Part shown: positions 1 to 13,503 of the stretch, piece after piece
Numbering within the stretch: position 1 is the stretch's first letter
Layout of the letters: each line of letters begins with the position of its first letter
NCBI GenBank assembly: GCA_965235115.1
Contig: OZ249436.1
Span: 10,790,001 to 10,854,000 of the forward strand
Source: Laetmonice hystrix
Taxonomy: Eukaryota
Length of the DNA: 64,000 nucleotides
Direction: 5' to 3'
The notes under the pieces: generated by a model
What the model was told of the DNA's origin: nothing
Seen by the model: the letters and a program-made list of their open reading frames with translations, nothing else
Database searches by the model: none
Position numbers and translations under genes: made by a program

Positions 1-3000
1 CAGTTGTATGGAATGTCCGCCCATGGCAATGATTATAGAATACACACATGTACAGCAATGCTGTATCTACGTTTAGCTGCATACTCATGTCCATGCCGAC
101 GAAAGCCGAGATCCTAGGGTCCCGTATACATGCGATACCTTGCACCAATTCATCGTCGACGACCTTCTAGGTTCTCATTTTTATACATGGCAAGTTCTCG
201 CTAGGCAAACCTAGTCTTGCATTCGAGCTTTCTCAACTGCCCTTATAGACAGAGATGTAATTTTAGCCCCACGAATCGAACGATCTTTCAGCATTTGAAT
301 GCCCTTCTCTGAATCGCGGGGTCTCGGGGTAGAAATAATATTTGAAGATGGTTTTCGTGAGAACGCATCAGCTAGACCAACACAAACGATATTTAGTCCT
401 CACGCTGGCCAATTTATTCTGCCCGGACCAGTTCAATACGTGTGCCTTCCCGCATGAGACTGACTTATAATCGAGAAACATAGCACCGACGAACAGTATC
501 CATATTCTAGATACGACTGCATGCAACTCGGCTTCGATTCTTTTGGCAAAACATTGTGAGAGCAAGAAGACTCTGTGCTCATCTATATAGTAGGTCTACA
601 GACCGGAATGGCGCGACATATTATCAGCGTGCATTATTTTCATATCACATGGGATCTCCATATTTACCTCTACATCTAAGCCAGCATACATAACACAATA
701 TTGCAGCAGTACATAATGTCGGTGGTAGCCGATTTCCACCAGATTCTCATTTATTGCCAATAATTTGGCTGATATATTACTAACCAACCAGCATGGTTGC
801 GTCATAATGAAATTTATCTTGAGACCAATTCTGAATCCAATGGCAATATACTTTCAAAACATCGACATGGAAAGGGATGGATATTTCTGCAGAGACTTAA
901 AATCGGTGTTCTATCCAGATAACTAGAATTTATGATCCATAAAAAGTGCAAACTCATTTTACGAGGTATGGGGCTAAAACTGTTAACATGATAGGGATAA
1001 GTTCTTAAGGATTACACATATTCATAAGATGCAAATTGTCCACAACCAAGATAAAATGATTATCAATGGTTGGTGCAATACCTTTTTAAATACCTGATAG
1101 AATGTTTTATAATTGGTACTTTATAAATGTACCTCAGTGCCATTGTGATTCTGATGGTGATGAGTATAAAACTATATTTCGTTATCCACTTCTCATGCTT
1201 ATCTAATAGCAACAGCGTCGGATACCGGCTCTTCAACCTATAATTATATACTGGATGTCATTCTTAGCTCTATGCTTACTTAGTTAAAAGGAAAATTTCG
1301 AGAAGTTCAGATTTCATTGGCGGGAGGGGGGTATTTTGGAAAGTGTAAATCGTCTGTAATTGCGAATCCTGGGCGTGAACCAATGCTGACTGGGTTGTTG
1401 TCACAGCAAATGCAATAAAGGAAGGTATCATTCACGAAGGCTGGTCATGTCTTTAATGTGGTTAACAGCTCTCATTGTATAGACAAAAAGCTCTCATTGT
1501 ATGGACAAAAAGCTCTCATTGTATGGACAAAAAGCCTGATATATTAAATGACCTTAATGTCTCTCCCTTTGTTACCAAAGGAGTGAAAAATATTCTTTCT
1601 TGGCGATTTTAAAAACTTAAATAATAAAACACAAAAGGAAAGCCATGTGCTAAATTTGTTTTAAACGGGGATGGATGTCCGCATACAAGCTGCACTTCCG
1701 AGGCGATGTCGGCGCGATAATCGGCGCCAACAAGATACAAAAAAATACAAGTAAAAAATCAACAGCGAAAAGCAAAATAACCATGAAGTAACTTTTACAG
1801 GAAGGCGACTGAAGTACAACGCCCTCTGGCGCAATTATAACAATAAAAAGTGAAAACCTTCGGCCTTCACACGAGGAGTGCGTGCGGACTTTTCATCACG
1901 CCCATCTACATCCAACTAAACATAATATTCATCGGATTCTCACGTTTATAGTTTGGGGATCAGCAGCAGCATTCATATCTGTTGTATTTTAAAAAAATTC
2001 AAAGTTTGCGGTTGTTAAAAACACTTCGACAAATTAAAAATATAACAGAACCCTCTTAACTAACGTTATCGCAAAAGTAGAAAGTTTCAATTTAAAACAC
2101 TATGTATAGGATTACAGGGTGTCTTTGTAGATTCAACAGTTCTGATTTGTAAATTCACAAAATGAGAACCGCCTCAACTCTCCAAGTGCTATCCATACAG
2201 AAGATAGTTTATAATGTTGTTGGTTTCAAATGATTCAGAGGGAAGATCACCCTGATGTTGCATGCAACTAACCGCAAGGATACGGGATGATGGCTTTACA
2301 AGCGCAGCACTCTAAGTGGTGCACTCCAAATGGATACCAGCAACAGTAATTTTTTTGATGTTCTCAATTCACGTCTTGAATGCGTCACATATCGGCGTCA
2401 TTATACGCCACTATACATGCACTTCAATGAGACTAAAAAGGTACACTTATCCCTGACGTTCATAGTGTCGAGTTAAAGCTATAGTGGGGTGGCACTTCAT
2501 GATTTAAACCTAAAAAGTCATCATTCAGAAAGTAAAGTGTCCACTAAGCGATCCTTATTCATCCATCGTTATAGTGCATCATTTTAACTATAGCGAAACG
2601 CTTTGTTTCTCTTCCGTCGGGAATAATACGTCAAAGAGGTTAATCTGACGGACTACAGGCAGATCTTTAATCCAAGCCCGTGTTACCCCACAGGAGAAAA
2701 GCTGCAATATTATTATGATGCCTTTGTGTGCAGTTTGTCATTTTTCTCTCTCTAATACATGTGTACCGCTAATTTAAGGGAGCGTGACTTGTAAAACACC
2801 GTTTATGATGAGGCATTTTGCCAGACATAGAGCTGTTAGCGCCGCTGTGGGCGATAGCTATATACAAAACCAAAGCTCTCCATGGGAGTTAACTACCCAT
2901 TCCGTCTCCTTGCTTTGTCTCCCGATGCCCCCCCTCCCTCCGAAAGGGGGCACCAGTCAATTAGAAAAAGGAAAAACATGAAATAGTAGATAAGCAGTGA

Positions 3001-4175
3001 TGTACAGAAAAAATGGCACATCTTTTGATCTATAACAGCAAAAATGGCACATCTATAACAGCAAAAATTGGCACATCTGTAGTTATTATTGTCCTCATCG
3101 GAAAATAAATCGATGACAGTATTATTTACTGGTTATGAAAGGTTCATGTCAACTTTTTTAAACTACTGAAGTATGAAACTCAATAAGTGTAATCGTGTTT
3201 TTAGGAATGTTCGCGTCGTCACCTTGCGAATTAAAAAATTGGGGAGGAGGATCGTATTTGATGAAAAATCAGCATTCTAGCTACCACCGTTTTTATTACA
3301 ACCATTTAAAGGGGGAAAATATTTGTTTATAGAAAAAAATAAAATATAAAAAATCAATCGGTGAGACAGCTGAAATACATGACCACTATCAGTATGCTTT
3401 TAGTATCACGTTTTCTTATCCGGTTCCCAGCAGAGGAGCTAGGAAACGGATTTAATTGACGTGCAGAATAACAAACATTTAAGAGGTGCCAAAATAAATT
3501 GCTAATAAACACTTTTAGATGGTCAGACGGTTGTCTGCCAGGCAAACACCGTGAACTGGGCGGAACTAACACGGCCATGTCGGAAATTGCCGCCAGCAAT
3601 TTACATTCTGGTGCGCTGATCGAGACTCCAATATACTAGCTCCCAGCTCCGCGCTATATGAGGACCCAATGTCAAGCTGAATTTATAGGCCGATAAAATA
3701 TACCCTTATTCTGCCGCCCAGTTATTGTATACCACACCGAGTGTTTTTTCGTGCGATTAACTGTATACGATATGGCGAGTCGTAGTGACATAATATGAAA
3801 GTTAACTGGAAATCATGCCGTCAGCCGTACGGTTCAACTGGTCGCGTCGACTAAATACATGATCATGATAAGGCAGGAATGAGCGCGCCATGTACTGTCG
3901 GGATAATAACGTTTTCAGACTTTGGGCAGACAGACCACACAAAAGGCAATATTTGTATTAAATTCATATAGAATATATTTTAGTAATAGCACTTAGCAAT
4001 ATCAGTAGAGGTCATTTTCCGATAGTGCATAAACTATACTAAGGAAAATGTATCAATTTTATTTTTTTGCTAGCAGGAAAGGTAAGCTTAAATCCTTCGC
4101 TTCATGATTACAAGTCAAAGGAGTAAATATTTCTTGAATGTAGGTACAGTATATCTATTTGTACACTTTACAGAT

Positions 4176-4337
4176 CATTAGCGGATTCAGGGGGGTTCAG
4201 GGATTGATCAGAGGTCATTGGCAACTAATTTTTATTTTTTCCCCATAGATTCTTTTTCAATTGAACACACTAACCTCCCTTAGCAAATTCTTTCCCTAAA
4301 ACCCCCACCCCATACCAAAATCCTGGACCCGCCCCTG
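4176..4337. mobile_element. Short hAT-like MITE with imperfect CAG..CTG ends and 5-bp TSD
   Basis: Ends CATTAGCGGATTCAGG / CCTGGACCCGCCCCTG are imperfect inverted repeats; direct repeat CAGAT at 4171-4175 and 4338-4342. Confidence 0.6.
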
Positions 4338-6052
4338 CAGATAGTGCAATTGTCATTTCCGAATCGTTTGCTTCTCGAATAGACTGAGAAATGCTTCCCT
4401 GAAGCGCAGGACATTATAACCTTTCCCCAGATATTATCACGATGTTGTAGCCGTTATGTACTCGGGTGGGTGGTACTGTACGTTTTAAAAATACAACCAC
4501 CAACGTTATTAGATGACATAGAGAGCGTACGTGATCACGAATCGTTATGATTGGGCTGTATCAAACTCTTGTATCATGCCAACAGGAAATTTAGCTAATC
4601 CAATCTCTCTGTTAGTTTCTGGCGGCACCATTTGAACAAATTAAGTCAATATTATCACCATTATGAATTTAGTGCTACTGCATCAAGGAGACTAAAATAC
4701 CTTGAATTAAATGAATGGTGGTAAAATGATTATATCCGTCGCCCCTATATGAATGCTGTCGGGGATTTTCTTTTCACAATAATCTTCTCATTTAAGAACA
4801 ACGCCATGCCAACGTTCATCCGAACCGACAGATTAATGTTCTGTGCAGAGTGAACGCTGTCAAAGATGTTTATAACTTCTGTACCAAAGCGTGCTATATT
4901 TCTTGTCAACAAATGAAACAATTGCTCACATATATACATAACTTTGCCTGTCGTGGAAACTCCTACATTACCTACTTTGATCCGAAGTGCAGCGTTGCTG
5001 TACGTTGAATGAGAGTTTACATTCACTGTAGGAATGGCACTCAACAACCGTCTTTAATATTGCCTCCACATGAAGGGTATTGTATTTCATCAAAGACCCG
5101 TTTCACAGCGTCTCTGACGAGGACCCGACATAGCTGATAATGTAGACCTTTGGATAAGATACTCGAAGGTGTTCAAAAATACCTCCAACAGCTCGGTGCT
5201 GGAAGCAAAATCCGGAGCTGGACCAACATCGGGATCAGTCGAGACCCGTTTCAGGATCAGAATCGAGATTTGTACAGAGAAGGTATAGGAATGGATAGAG
5301 AGAGAAGAAAACCCCCTGTCGTGTTCATCCCGGCCAAACCAGCGTGTACCAGCGCCCGGCCGACCGACTGCCTAATTGTACCTTTGAGACAACCCATTTA
5401 ATATCCGTGAGGCTTTCTGTCTCGATCTGAAGGTCGTCCTCATTAAAACAATTTTCTAAGCGGTTACTCATCACCGCGAGGCCAGACCAAGACAGAGAAG
5501 CAATTCTAATTCATCTATTTGAAAAAATAAACATATAAAAATAAATAAAAAGCAACGATTAACAAATCTGGTAACATGTTCAATTAAATTCATGCCAAGG
5601 TGTGAAAAAACTGGGCGGGAAGAATCTGAAGAAAGAGAACGCAGGGCGATCAATCACGGAGCAACGTTAATCAAATCCAAGCCGACAACTACTGAAAGAC
5701 ATTCATTACACTTTCAATTTGCAATGTCTGCCGATTTGAAACTGATACTGAATTGATCTGAAATTGACCGAGTCACAGACCTATTCCTCTGTGACTGAGA
5801 AAAACAATTAAAGAGACATACAGATTAGTTATTCATTAACCTACCCCGCAATACAAATAAAATCTCAACTACAGTACTTGACGTTCGTCCCGAATACGTC
5901 GCCAATATTTAGTCCGAGAGCAGCTCAAAGGGAATCTTACTTCTTTCACTTCGATCTGAATAAATGACTTCATGTCCACAGTGAGTGCTTTAAGTCGTGT
6001 TCTTTGCGCTATATATGACTGTTCTCAGATTTACTGAGACAGCCTGACCAAA

Positions 6053-6359
6053 CAGTAGCGGCGGAACGGGGGGGGGGACTTTCTTGATTTAGTGGAACAT
6101 GGGGGTATATTATCATATCGATACAGAAACAGATCTAGGAATAATTAATAATAGAAACTACAAAAGCCGTAGGATTATTGGGGGGTAGGCCCCAGGTGGG
6201 GGAGGGGTACAGAGGGTTGCAACCCCCTTACGAAGTTTTTTGTCTGCTTGAAAGGTTCGAACCAAACATACACAACCCCCCCCCCCCTGGCGCCTATAAC
6301 TCCCCTCTTGGCACCCCCTCCCCCACCCCACCCTTGGCGGAAACCTAGATCCGCCCCTG
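6053..6359. mobile_element. Degenerate MITE of the CAGTGGCGG.../...GATCCGCCCCTG family
   Basis: Ends resemble other copies in the window (4176, 44837, 47392); G/C runs inside; no TSD visible. Confidence 0.4.
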
Positions 6360-7766
6360 GTATAGCAATCAGATTTCGTCAGACAGGATAACTGAAATAC
6401 GTTCCAGGCGTCGTCGTTGACATCCGGGTCGTTGTCAGTGATTAAGACGGGTCTTTCCTTTGCCAGTCGTATGCGCGCGCAGTGACCGAGACAGACCACA
6501 CTGACGTGTGTGCTATCGACACCTGGCTGACGTCTTGCCATGCACGTGCTGCCGACTCCATGTGAGTGGAATCAATTGGACTCTAACGGCGCAATTCCTG
6601 CTAGATGCAGGGATTCTATGGTATTTTTCTGTATCCCTGGCCATGCCTCATTACACAACTCGAGCGTCTCATGGCGTGCATGTTCGCATTCCCGTCACGT
6701 CATGTTTTACCAGGACGGGTACACTGGGGATCATCGTTTGTGAGGTGTCCGAGTCGAGGCAGGCGACGCCTCGCATATCAAACCTGTTGCATGCCAGCAC
6801 AGTTCGACACTTCGCGAAGCTTCCATGGTGTTATCTACTGTCTGCTATCGTCACCAGTGCCGTTACGTGTATTTTAAAGCGCAGTCGTGGCTCTTATCTT
6901 AGTTTATTGCTTGCCACTGAAAATACGGTTTTAGCACTCTCTGAGATTCTCAGAGTAAAGCTTTTCCAGATTCTGCCCCCTTTTTTAGTTATGTCATATC
7001 AGCCATGCTTTTGTCAGCTATCCACACAAAAACAGACACAGACAATGCAACACATAGGCCTAAATGTTCTATGCATACTTAAATACGTGTACATATTTCC
7101 TCTTCAGATTTTTTCAGACCAATATGTTGGCGCCCGAGTAAGACAATATTGTGTCGGCCTACCGATATGGTATTTAGAATTTAGGAGCTTCATCGAGGTA
7201 AACGCTAATAGGAATTAATACAGCGCATACACTTCTAACAAATACTTACTCCAGACTGCCATTTAAATATCATGAATATTCAACACGACCTTGTTTCGTT
7301 AGTGGTTATCAGCAGCGCGCAGAATGCCTTCATCACTAATGATTTCAGCTGTACAACCACAGCATCTACCACAGCAATTATTGCTGTTTGCAAACACCAC
7401 TTACATAAAACGAAAGAATGGTATAGGGTAATTAGAACAATGTGATAATTTGGTCTTGCATTCAGTATTAATATGTTACAATTATTCGTTCCCCTATTCC
7501 ACGGTCTGCATACGTGCATAAAGTGTTCAGATATGAATAGTTGTACGTTTTGGTACATAGACCTATAAATATCGTAAAACTTAAATCCTGTGGACGTTTA
7601 TTATACAATAGTAGGTATTAAGATACATTTAATACAGTCCAAGGGTTTGATGAAATATCATGATACAAATCATGATATTTCTACTAGATATAAAAGAGTT
7701 TGTTTGCCGGTACTAGGAATAATGATAACGGGACATAATAGTGAGAGAAGACAGGTGGGTACTTAC

Positions 7767-7775
7767 CGAATACAT
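7767..7775 (-). CDS. Possible first coding segment (M-Y-S) of an unidentified minus-strand gene
   Basis: Minus strand reads CCACC ATG TAT TCG|GTAAGT: Kozak-like context followed by a consensus donor; no downstream exon identified. Confidence 0.25.
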
Positions 7776-7949
7776 GGTGGATGGGACGTCACTGCGCCAC
7801 GTCTAAATCAACGTGCCAATATTAATGTATTACGTATCCCAGATCTCCAGTTTTCACACCATCTATCCTTGAACATTCCTTTTTTCATGGGCAGTTCAAC
7901 CCCGATATTGAAAGGGTGCGATCATGTGCTGTCAGCAGCTTGTCTTGAC

Positions 7950-8870
7950 ATCAAATAGGCAGGTTTAACGACTCGCCATCAAGCATCAATGGTAAAGCTG
8001 CACGGATGCTGCCCCACCTGCTGGGTGCCATCACGGTCCCGACGTGGTAGAATCGCCGACGGCTGACCCTGCAGCATGCCCAGTCACATCAGCCGTGCCG
8101 CCTGTCCTGTTTGACGAACTTCGAGGATATCTGACGACCGATATGGTTGCATTTTACCAGAAATGACGGGACTCAGTTAAAGAAATCGTTGGTCTTGAAA
8201 ATCTGGCTAAATATTTTCCGTCCAGTTTCTCACGTCGCTTTCTGGGCTCTTCAAGCTTGGAAGTCGGTGGATTCTGTTGGTACAGCAGGGGCAGCAGCAG
8301 TCTCAGCAGTAGGAGTATTAGACGCTTCCTAGCGCATCCCAGTCTACCAGTGTAAGGGCCTGCGAGCAACTCCGACGTGTCCGGTCTCGGCTGGGCTCTT
8401 TCTGTCTGTTCTCCCGGACTCGGCACAGGACGAGATCTGTGGACCGATTAATAATTTATCGGCAGCGACTGAGGGCTGGCTGTAGGAGGTGCGAGCGAGG
8501 CGACACCATGAGGAGGGTGAGGGAGTCGTCCGCACACCACCCACTGCTGACCGCGGACATCCACAGACTGGCCGTGGCAACCACTGGAAGGATCCCACAC
8601 CGTCTGGTCACCTAGCAGGCGTCCTACTCCAGCTAGGCGGCACCGCGGCGACAATGCTTTATTTACAGAAATAGCTGCGGAGATCACAAACGCTTTGAGT
8701 TTACGTGGCAAAGATGAAACGGTTTATCAGCTGCTTTCTTTGTAGGTGACAGGTTTAGGAGGACATGTGCAGCGGGCGCCTGCCATCGCCGTTCGCACCC
8801 GGCTCTACGCCGTCATACATTCGGCGGCAGACTGAGTGAGCCGGCAGCAAGGCCCGCTTCTTCGGGAGAA
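7950..8870 (-). pseudogene. Decayed GC-rich retroelement-like ORF remnant (possibly DIRS/Ngaro gag-like)
   Basis: Broken minus-strand peptides EPRKRREKLDGKYL, TISLTE and RRF...PSRWGSI loosely recall tyrosine-recombinase retroelement ORF1 motifs; many stops and frameshifts. Confidence 0.2.
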
Positions 8871-9104
8871 TCACTCATCCATGCAAATCCCTTCTAGTCC
8901 GGAAGACAATGTTAAATGTATCCTTTATGTAAAAATTTAGGCCTAATATAGAAAGCCATTGTGAACGTACCCCGACTGAGTTAAGTCTAAAACTCTCAGC
9001 AGGCGGGCTTTAACAGTGTCATAATCACGACCAATCAAGCTGGACTTGTCTGACTGCTTTCTTATCGCCCTACCTTTAGCTGGACACGGGAGGCTGGGTG
9101 GGAC

Positions 9105-10330
9105 CATGTACTTCTTTCATTGCGACCCTAACGCCCCTTTCCATGTACTTCTTTCATTGCGACCCTACCGCCCCTTTCCATGTACTTCATTCATTGCGAC
9201 CCTAACGCCCCTTTCTATGTACCACTTCCATTGCTACCTTTCCATGTACTTCTTTCATTGCGACCCTAACGCCCCTTTCCATGTACTACTTTCATTGCGA
9301 CCCTAACGCCCCTTTCCATGTACTACTTTCATTGCGACCCTACCGCCCCTTTCCATGTACTACTTTCATTGCGACCCTAACACCCCTTTCCATGTACTAC
9401 TTTCATTGCGACCCTACCGCCCCTTTCCATGTACTACTTTCATTGCGACCCTAACGCCCCTTTTCATGTACTACTTTCATTGCGACCCTACCGCCCCTTT
9501 CCATGTACTACTTTCATTGCGACCCTAACGCCCCTTTCCATGTACTACTTTCATTGCGACCCTAACGCCCCTTTCCATGTACTACTTTCATTGCGACCCT
9601 AACGCCCCTTTCCATGTACTTCTTTCATCGCGACCCCTAACGCCCCTTTCCATGTACTACTTTCATTGCGACCCCTAACGCCCCTTTCCATGTACTACTT
9701 TCATTGCGACCCTACCGCCCCTTTCCATGTACTACTTTCATTGCGACCCTAACGCCCCTTTCCATGTACTTCTTTCATCGCGGCCCCTAATGCCCCTTTC
9801 CATGTACTACTTTCATTGCGACCCCTAACGCCCCTTTCCATGTACTACTTTCATTGCGACCCTACCGCCCCTTTCCATGTACTACTTTCATTGCGACCCT
9901 AACGTCCCTTTCCATGTACTTCTTGCATTGCGACCCTAACGCCCTTGTCCATATACTACTTTCATTGCGACCCTAACGTCCCTTTCCATGTACTACTTTC
10001 ATTGCGACCCTAACGCCCCTTTTCATGTACTACTTTCATTGCGACCCTACCGCCCCTTTCCATGTACTACTTTCATTGCGACCCTAACGCCCCTTTCCAT
10101 GTACTACTTTCATTGCGACCCTAACGCCCCTTTCCATGTACTACTTTCATTGCGACCCTAACGCCCCTTTCCATGTACTTCTTTCATCGCGACCCTAACG
10201 CCCCTTTCCATGTACTAGTTTCATTGCGACCCTAACGCTCCTTTCCATGTACTACTTTCATTGCGACCCTAACGCCCCTTTCCATGTTCTACTTTCATTG
10301 CGACCCTAACGCCCCTTTCCATGTACTTCT
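9105..10330. repeat. 37-bp minisatellite, ~33 copies
   Basis: Unit ATGTACTACTTTCATTGCGACCCTAACGCCCCTTTCC repeated head-to-tail with few substitutions. Confidence 0.97.
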
Positions 10331-10777
10331 TGATCGCTATGCTCGAGACGTCCATGAGTCGTTTGTATCAAAATACCCTAATATTGGCATCAAAATCACA
10401 GGAAGGTCATTAAGGTTACATAAAGGTCAGAATTTTAACTGATTTAAGAAAATACCTGGCTAGATTTCTAAAGTTCCGATGGCAAAACCAGACCATACCC
10501 TATCCTCAGATAGACTGGCAAGTTAAGGGGGGGGGGGCGTCCCATGTTGTTGGAATATCCACCGAGGACATGAAAGGGCTGATGCCATTATGCCAAGATC
10601 AAACACGGAGGCGAAGAAGAATACAAGTAAAAAATTCTACTATGACTAATTATTATCACTCTAACCAAAATAATTATGACATTAATAAATGATCACTTTG
10701 AGAACAATATTTAGTACCACCACTTTAAGCCATTAAATTTGATAGCACTACTGACATCAGCACTGCTTTCATCATCA

Positions 10778-11930
10778 GTTAGACAAAGGACAAAGTAATA
10801 TTTACATCGTTGAGATGTTCAATGCCGGGAGACTACATGGTATAAGTTAGACAAAGGATACAGTAATATTTACATCGTTAAGATGTTCAATGCCGGGAGA
10901 CTACAAGGTATAAGATAGACAAAGGATACAGTAATATTTACATCGTTAAGATGTTCAATGCCGGGAGAGTATAAGGTATAAGTTAGACAAAGGATACAAT
11001 TATATTTACATCGTTAAGATGTTCAATGCCGGGAGACTACAAGGTATAATTTAGACAAAGGATACAGTAATATTTACATCGTTAAGATGTTCAATGCCGG
11101 GAGACTACAAGGTATAAGTTAGACAAAGGATACAGTAATATTTACATCGTTAAGATGTTCAATGCCGGGAGAGTACAAGGTATAAGTTAGACAAAGGATA
11201 CAGTAATATTTACATCGTTAAGATGTTCAATGCCGGGAGACTACAAGGTATAAGTTAGACAAAGGATACAGTAATATTTACATCGTTAAGATGTTCAATG
11301 CCGGGAGAGTACAAGGTATAAGTTAGACAAAGGATACAGTAATATTTACATCGTTAAGATGTTCAATGCCGGGAGAGTACAAGGTATAAGTTAGACAAAG
11401 GATACAGTAATATTTACATCGTTAAGATGTTCAATGCCGGGAGACTACAAGGTATAAGTTAGACAAAGGATACAGTAATATTTACATCGTTAAGATGTTC
11501 AATGGCGGGAGAGTACAAGGTATAAGTTAGACAAAGGATACAATAATATTTACATCGTTAAGATGTTCAATGCCGGGAGAGTATAAGGTATAAGTTAGAC
11601 AAAGGGTACAATAATATTTACGTCGTTAAGATGTTCAATCCCGGGAGACTACAAGGTATAAGTTAGACAAAGGGTACAATAATATTTACATCGTTAAGAT
11701 GTTCAATGCCGGGAAACTACATGGTATAAGTTAGACAAAGGATACAATAATATTTACATCGTTAGGATGTTCAATGCCGGGAGACTACAAGGTATAAGTT
11801 AGACAAAGGATACAATAATATTTACATCGTTAAGATGTTCAATCCCGGGAGAGTATAAGGTATAAGTTAGACAAAGGGTACAATAATATTTACATCGTTA
11901 AGATGTTCAATGCCGGGAGAGTACAAGGTA
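10778..11930. repeat. 68-bp tandem repeat, ~17 copies
   Basis: Unit AGTTAGACAAAGGATACAGTAATATTTACATCGTTAAGATGTTCAATGCCGGGAGACTACAAGGTATA. Confidence 0.97.
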
Positions 11931-12619
11931 GAGACGTCGATCCCGTCAATGTCATTTGGTGGAGGGCGCCACGGTGAAATGCAACCGGATAATTTGATAT
12001 CGGTCGACTTTTAAGCTGCATTTGGTCCATCACTGTACCTAATGAAGATTGGTGGCGACTGGTAGGACATGTATCGTTACCACGACCGACCATTAGACGT
12101 TTTAGCTGAGGCGCACGAGGCATGCATTGTGTCAAGCACTGAGCGCGGAAACTAATCAGAGAAGCGGCAGTATAATGGTGCCGGAGCGGTCCCGGGAGAG
12201 ACGCCACCGTACGCCGTAACGGATGTCCGCACCCTCAGAGCATACCCAGACCGCTGGAGACGTCTTACCATACGTAATCCTGAATCTTTCTTACCTAGTT
12301 TTAGGGGACATCGGACAAAGTTTCCGGATACATCCTTCTAAGTATTGTACCAGATATGTGACTTTTGTTTATATCTTCGTATAAATATTTTCCCTCTTTG
12401 TTAATATCTGGAGAGTTAACCTTCACTGATTGTACTAGCCTATATGTTTAGGCCCATTATTATTTCGTCATTTTGATCGCTTTGATCACATATTAATGAT
12501 CATAATATTATGAATGACCATTTTCAAACAAACCTACGTTGCTACGTAAATAAAAATAATAATAATAAAAAAAAATAAATAAAATACCAAATGCAGCACA
12601 GTTAGCAGTGTTACAGGTA

Positions 12620-12840
12620 TATGGAGCCCCTAATAAAGTTAGTTCTAGAAGTCCGCGCCGACCTCTCGGCCCGCCGACCTCTCGGCCCGCCGACCTTCTC
12701 GGCCCGCCGACCTCTCGGCCCTCCGACCCGCCGACCTCTCGGCCCGCCGACCTCTCGGCCCGCCGACCTCTCGGCCCGCCGACCTCTCGGCCCGCCGACC
12801 TCTCGGCCCGCCGACCTTTCGGCCCGCCGACCTCTCGGCC
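12620..12840 (+). repeat. TATGGAGCCCC-ended element fragment with a 16-bp hairpin minisatellite
   Basis: TATGGAGCCCC at 12620-12630, then ~11 copies of CGCCGACCTCTCGGCC (GCCGA-CCTC-TCGGC stem-loop). Confidence 0.8.
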
Positions 12841-13503
12841 ATAAGGAGGCCTCGTCCCGAAAGACAGAATATCTGTCGTCCTTGCAGATCGTGGTCGCCG
12901 CAAAAATCCAATATGTCCATTTGCCTCAGAAGACTTCAGTCTGAATTAATTTACAGTTTTCGTTTGCGATGCAATTTTCATGTCAGCCACTGTATTACAA
13001 TACTACTTTTGTTATTTTTGTTATTTTGCTGTTTTGCTTATGAAGCGTATGGCATGCTGTTGTCTCAATGCTGCCTTGATATAAAATGCTGTAATTAAGT
13101 TAAGGCTCCAACGTGCCTATCCACGCCGCTTTTCGTAGCAGTCGTATAGAATGGCGCGCAATAACCTCATAGAGAGACGGTCAAACGACCCCATAGGGGT
13201 CGTTGCACAATAAAAGCCATGAGGGCTCATACTATCGCGAGGTATGAGCGCTCATAAAAAAATATGTTATGAGACTCTCACGGCTGTGAGGAATGGTGAG
13301 AGTTTCCATTGCACAATCACCCTCACAGACCCAATCCTCATCAGGGTATCACTGTCTGCGAGGGTCTCATACATACCTCATACCTTCACCGTTCACGGCG
13401 GGAAACTTTGTCGTTTCGGCGAATATTACCCGGGGGACATAGAGGAAGACTGGTGCTGCCACTAATGAGGTCAATAGTTTCACAACGGAAAGAGGGAGTG
13501 AAG

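Noticed and set aside
5110..5145. Hammerhead-like CTGACGAG start
   Set aside because: No closing stem II or GAAA follows.
6508..7218. 236-aa ORF
   Set aside because: Non-ATG start, no recognisable motif, and it crosses a GC-rich/AT-rich boundary; likely chance.
9105..10330. CRISPR-like array (37-bp repeats)
   Set aside because: No unique spacers, eukaryotic context and no cas genes.
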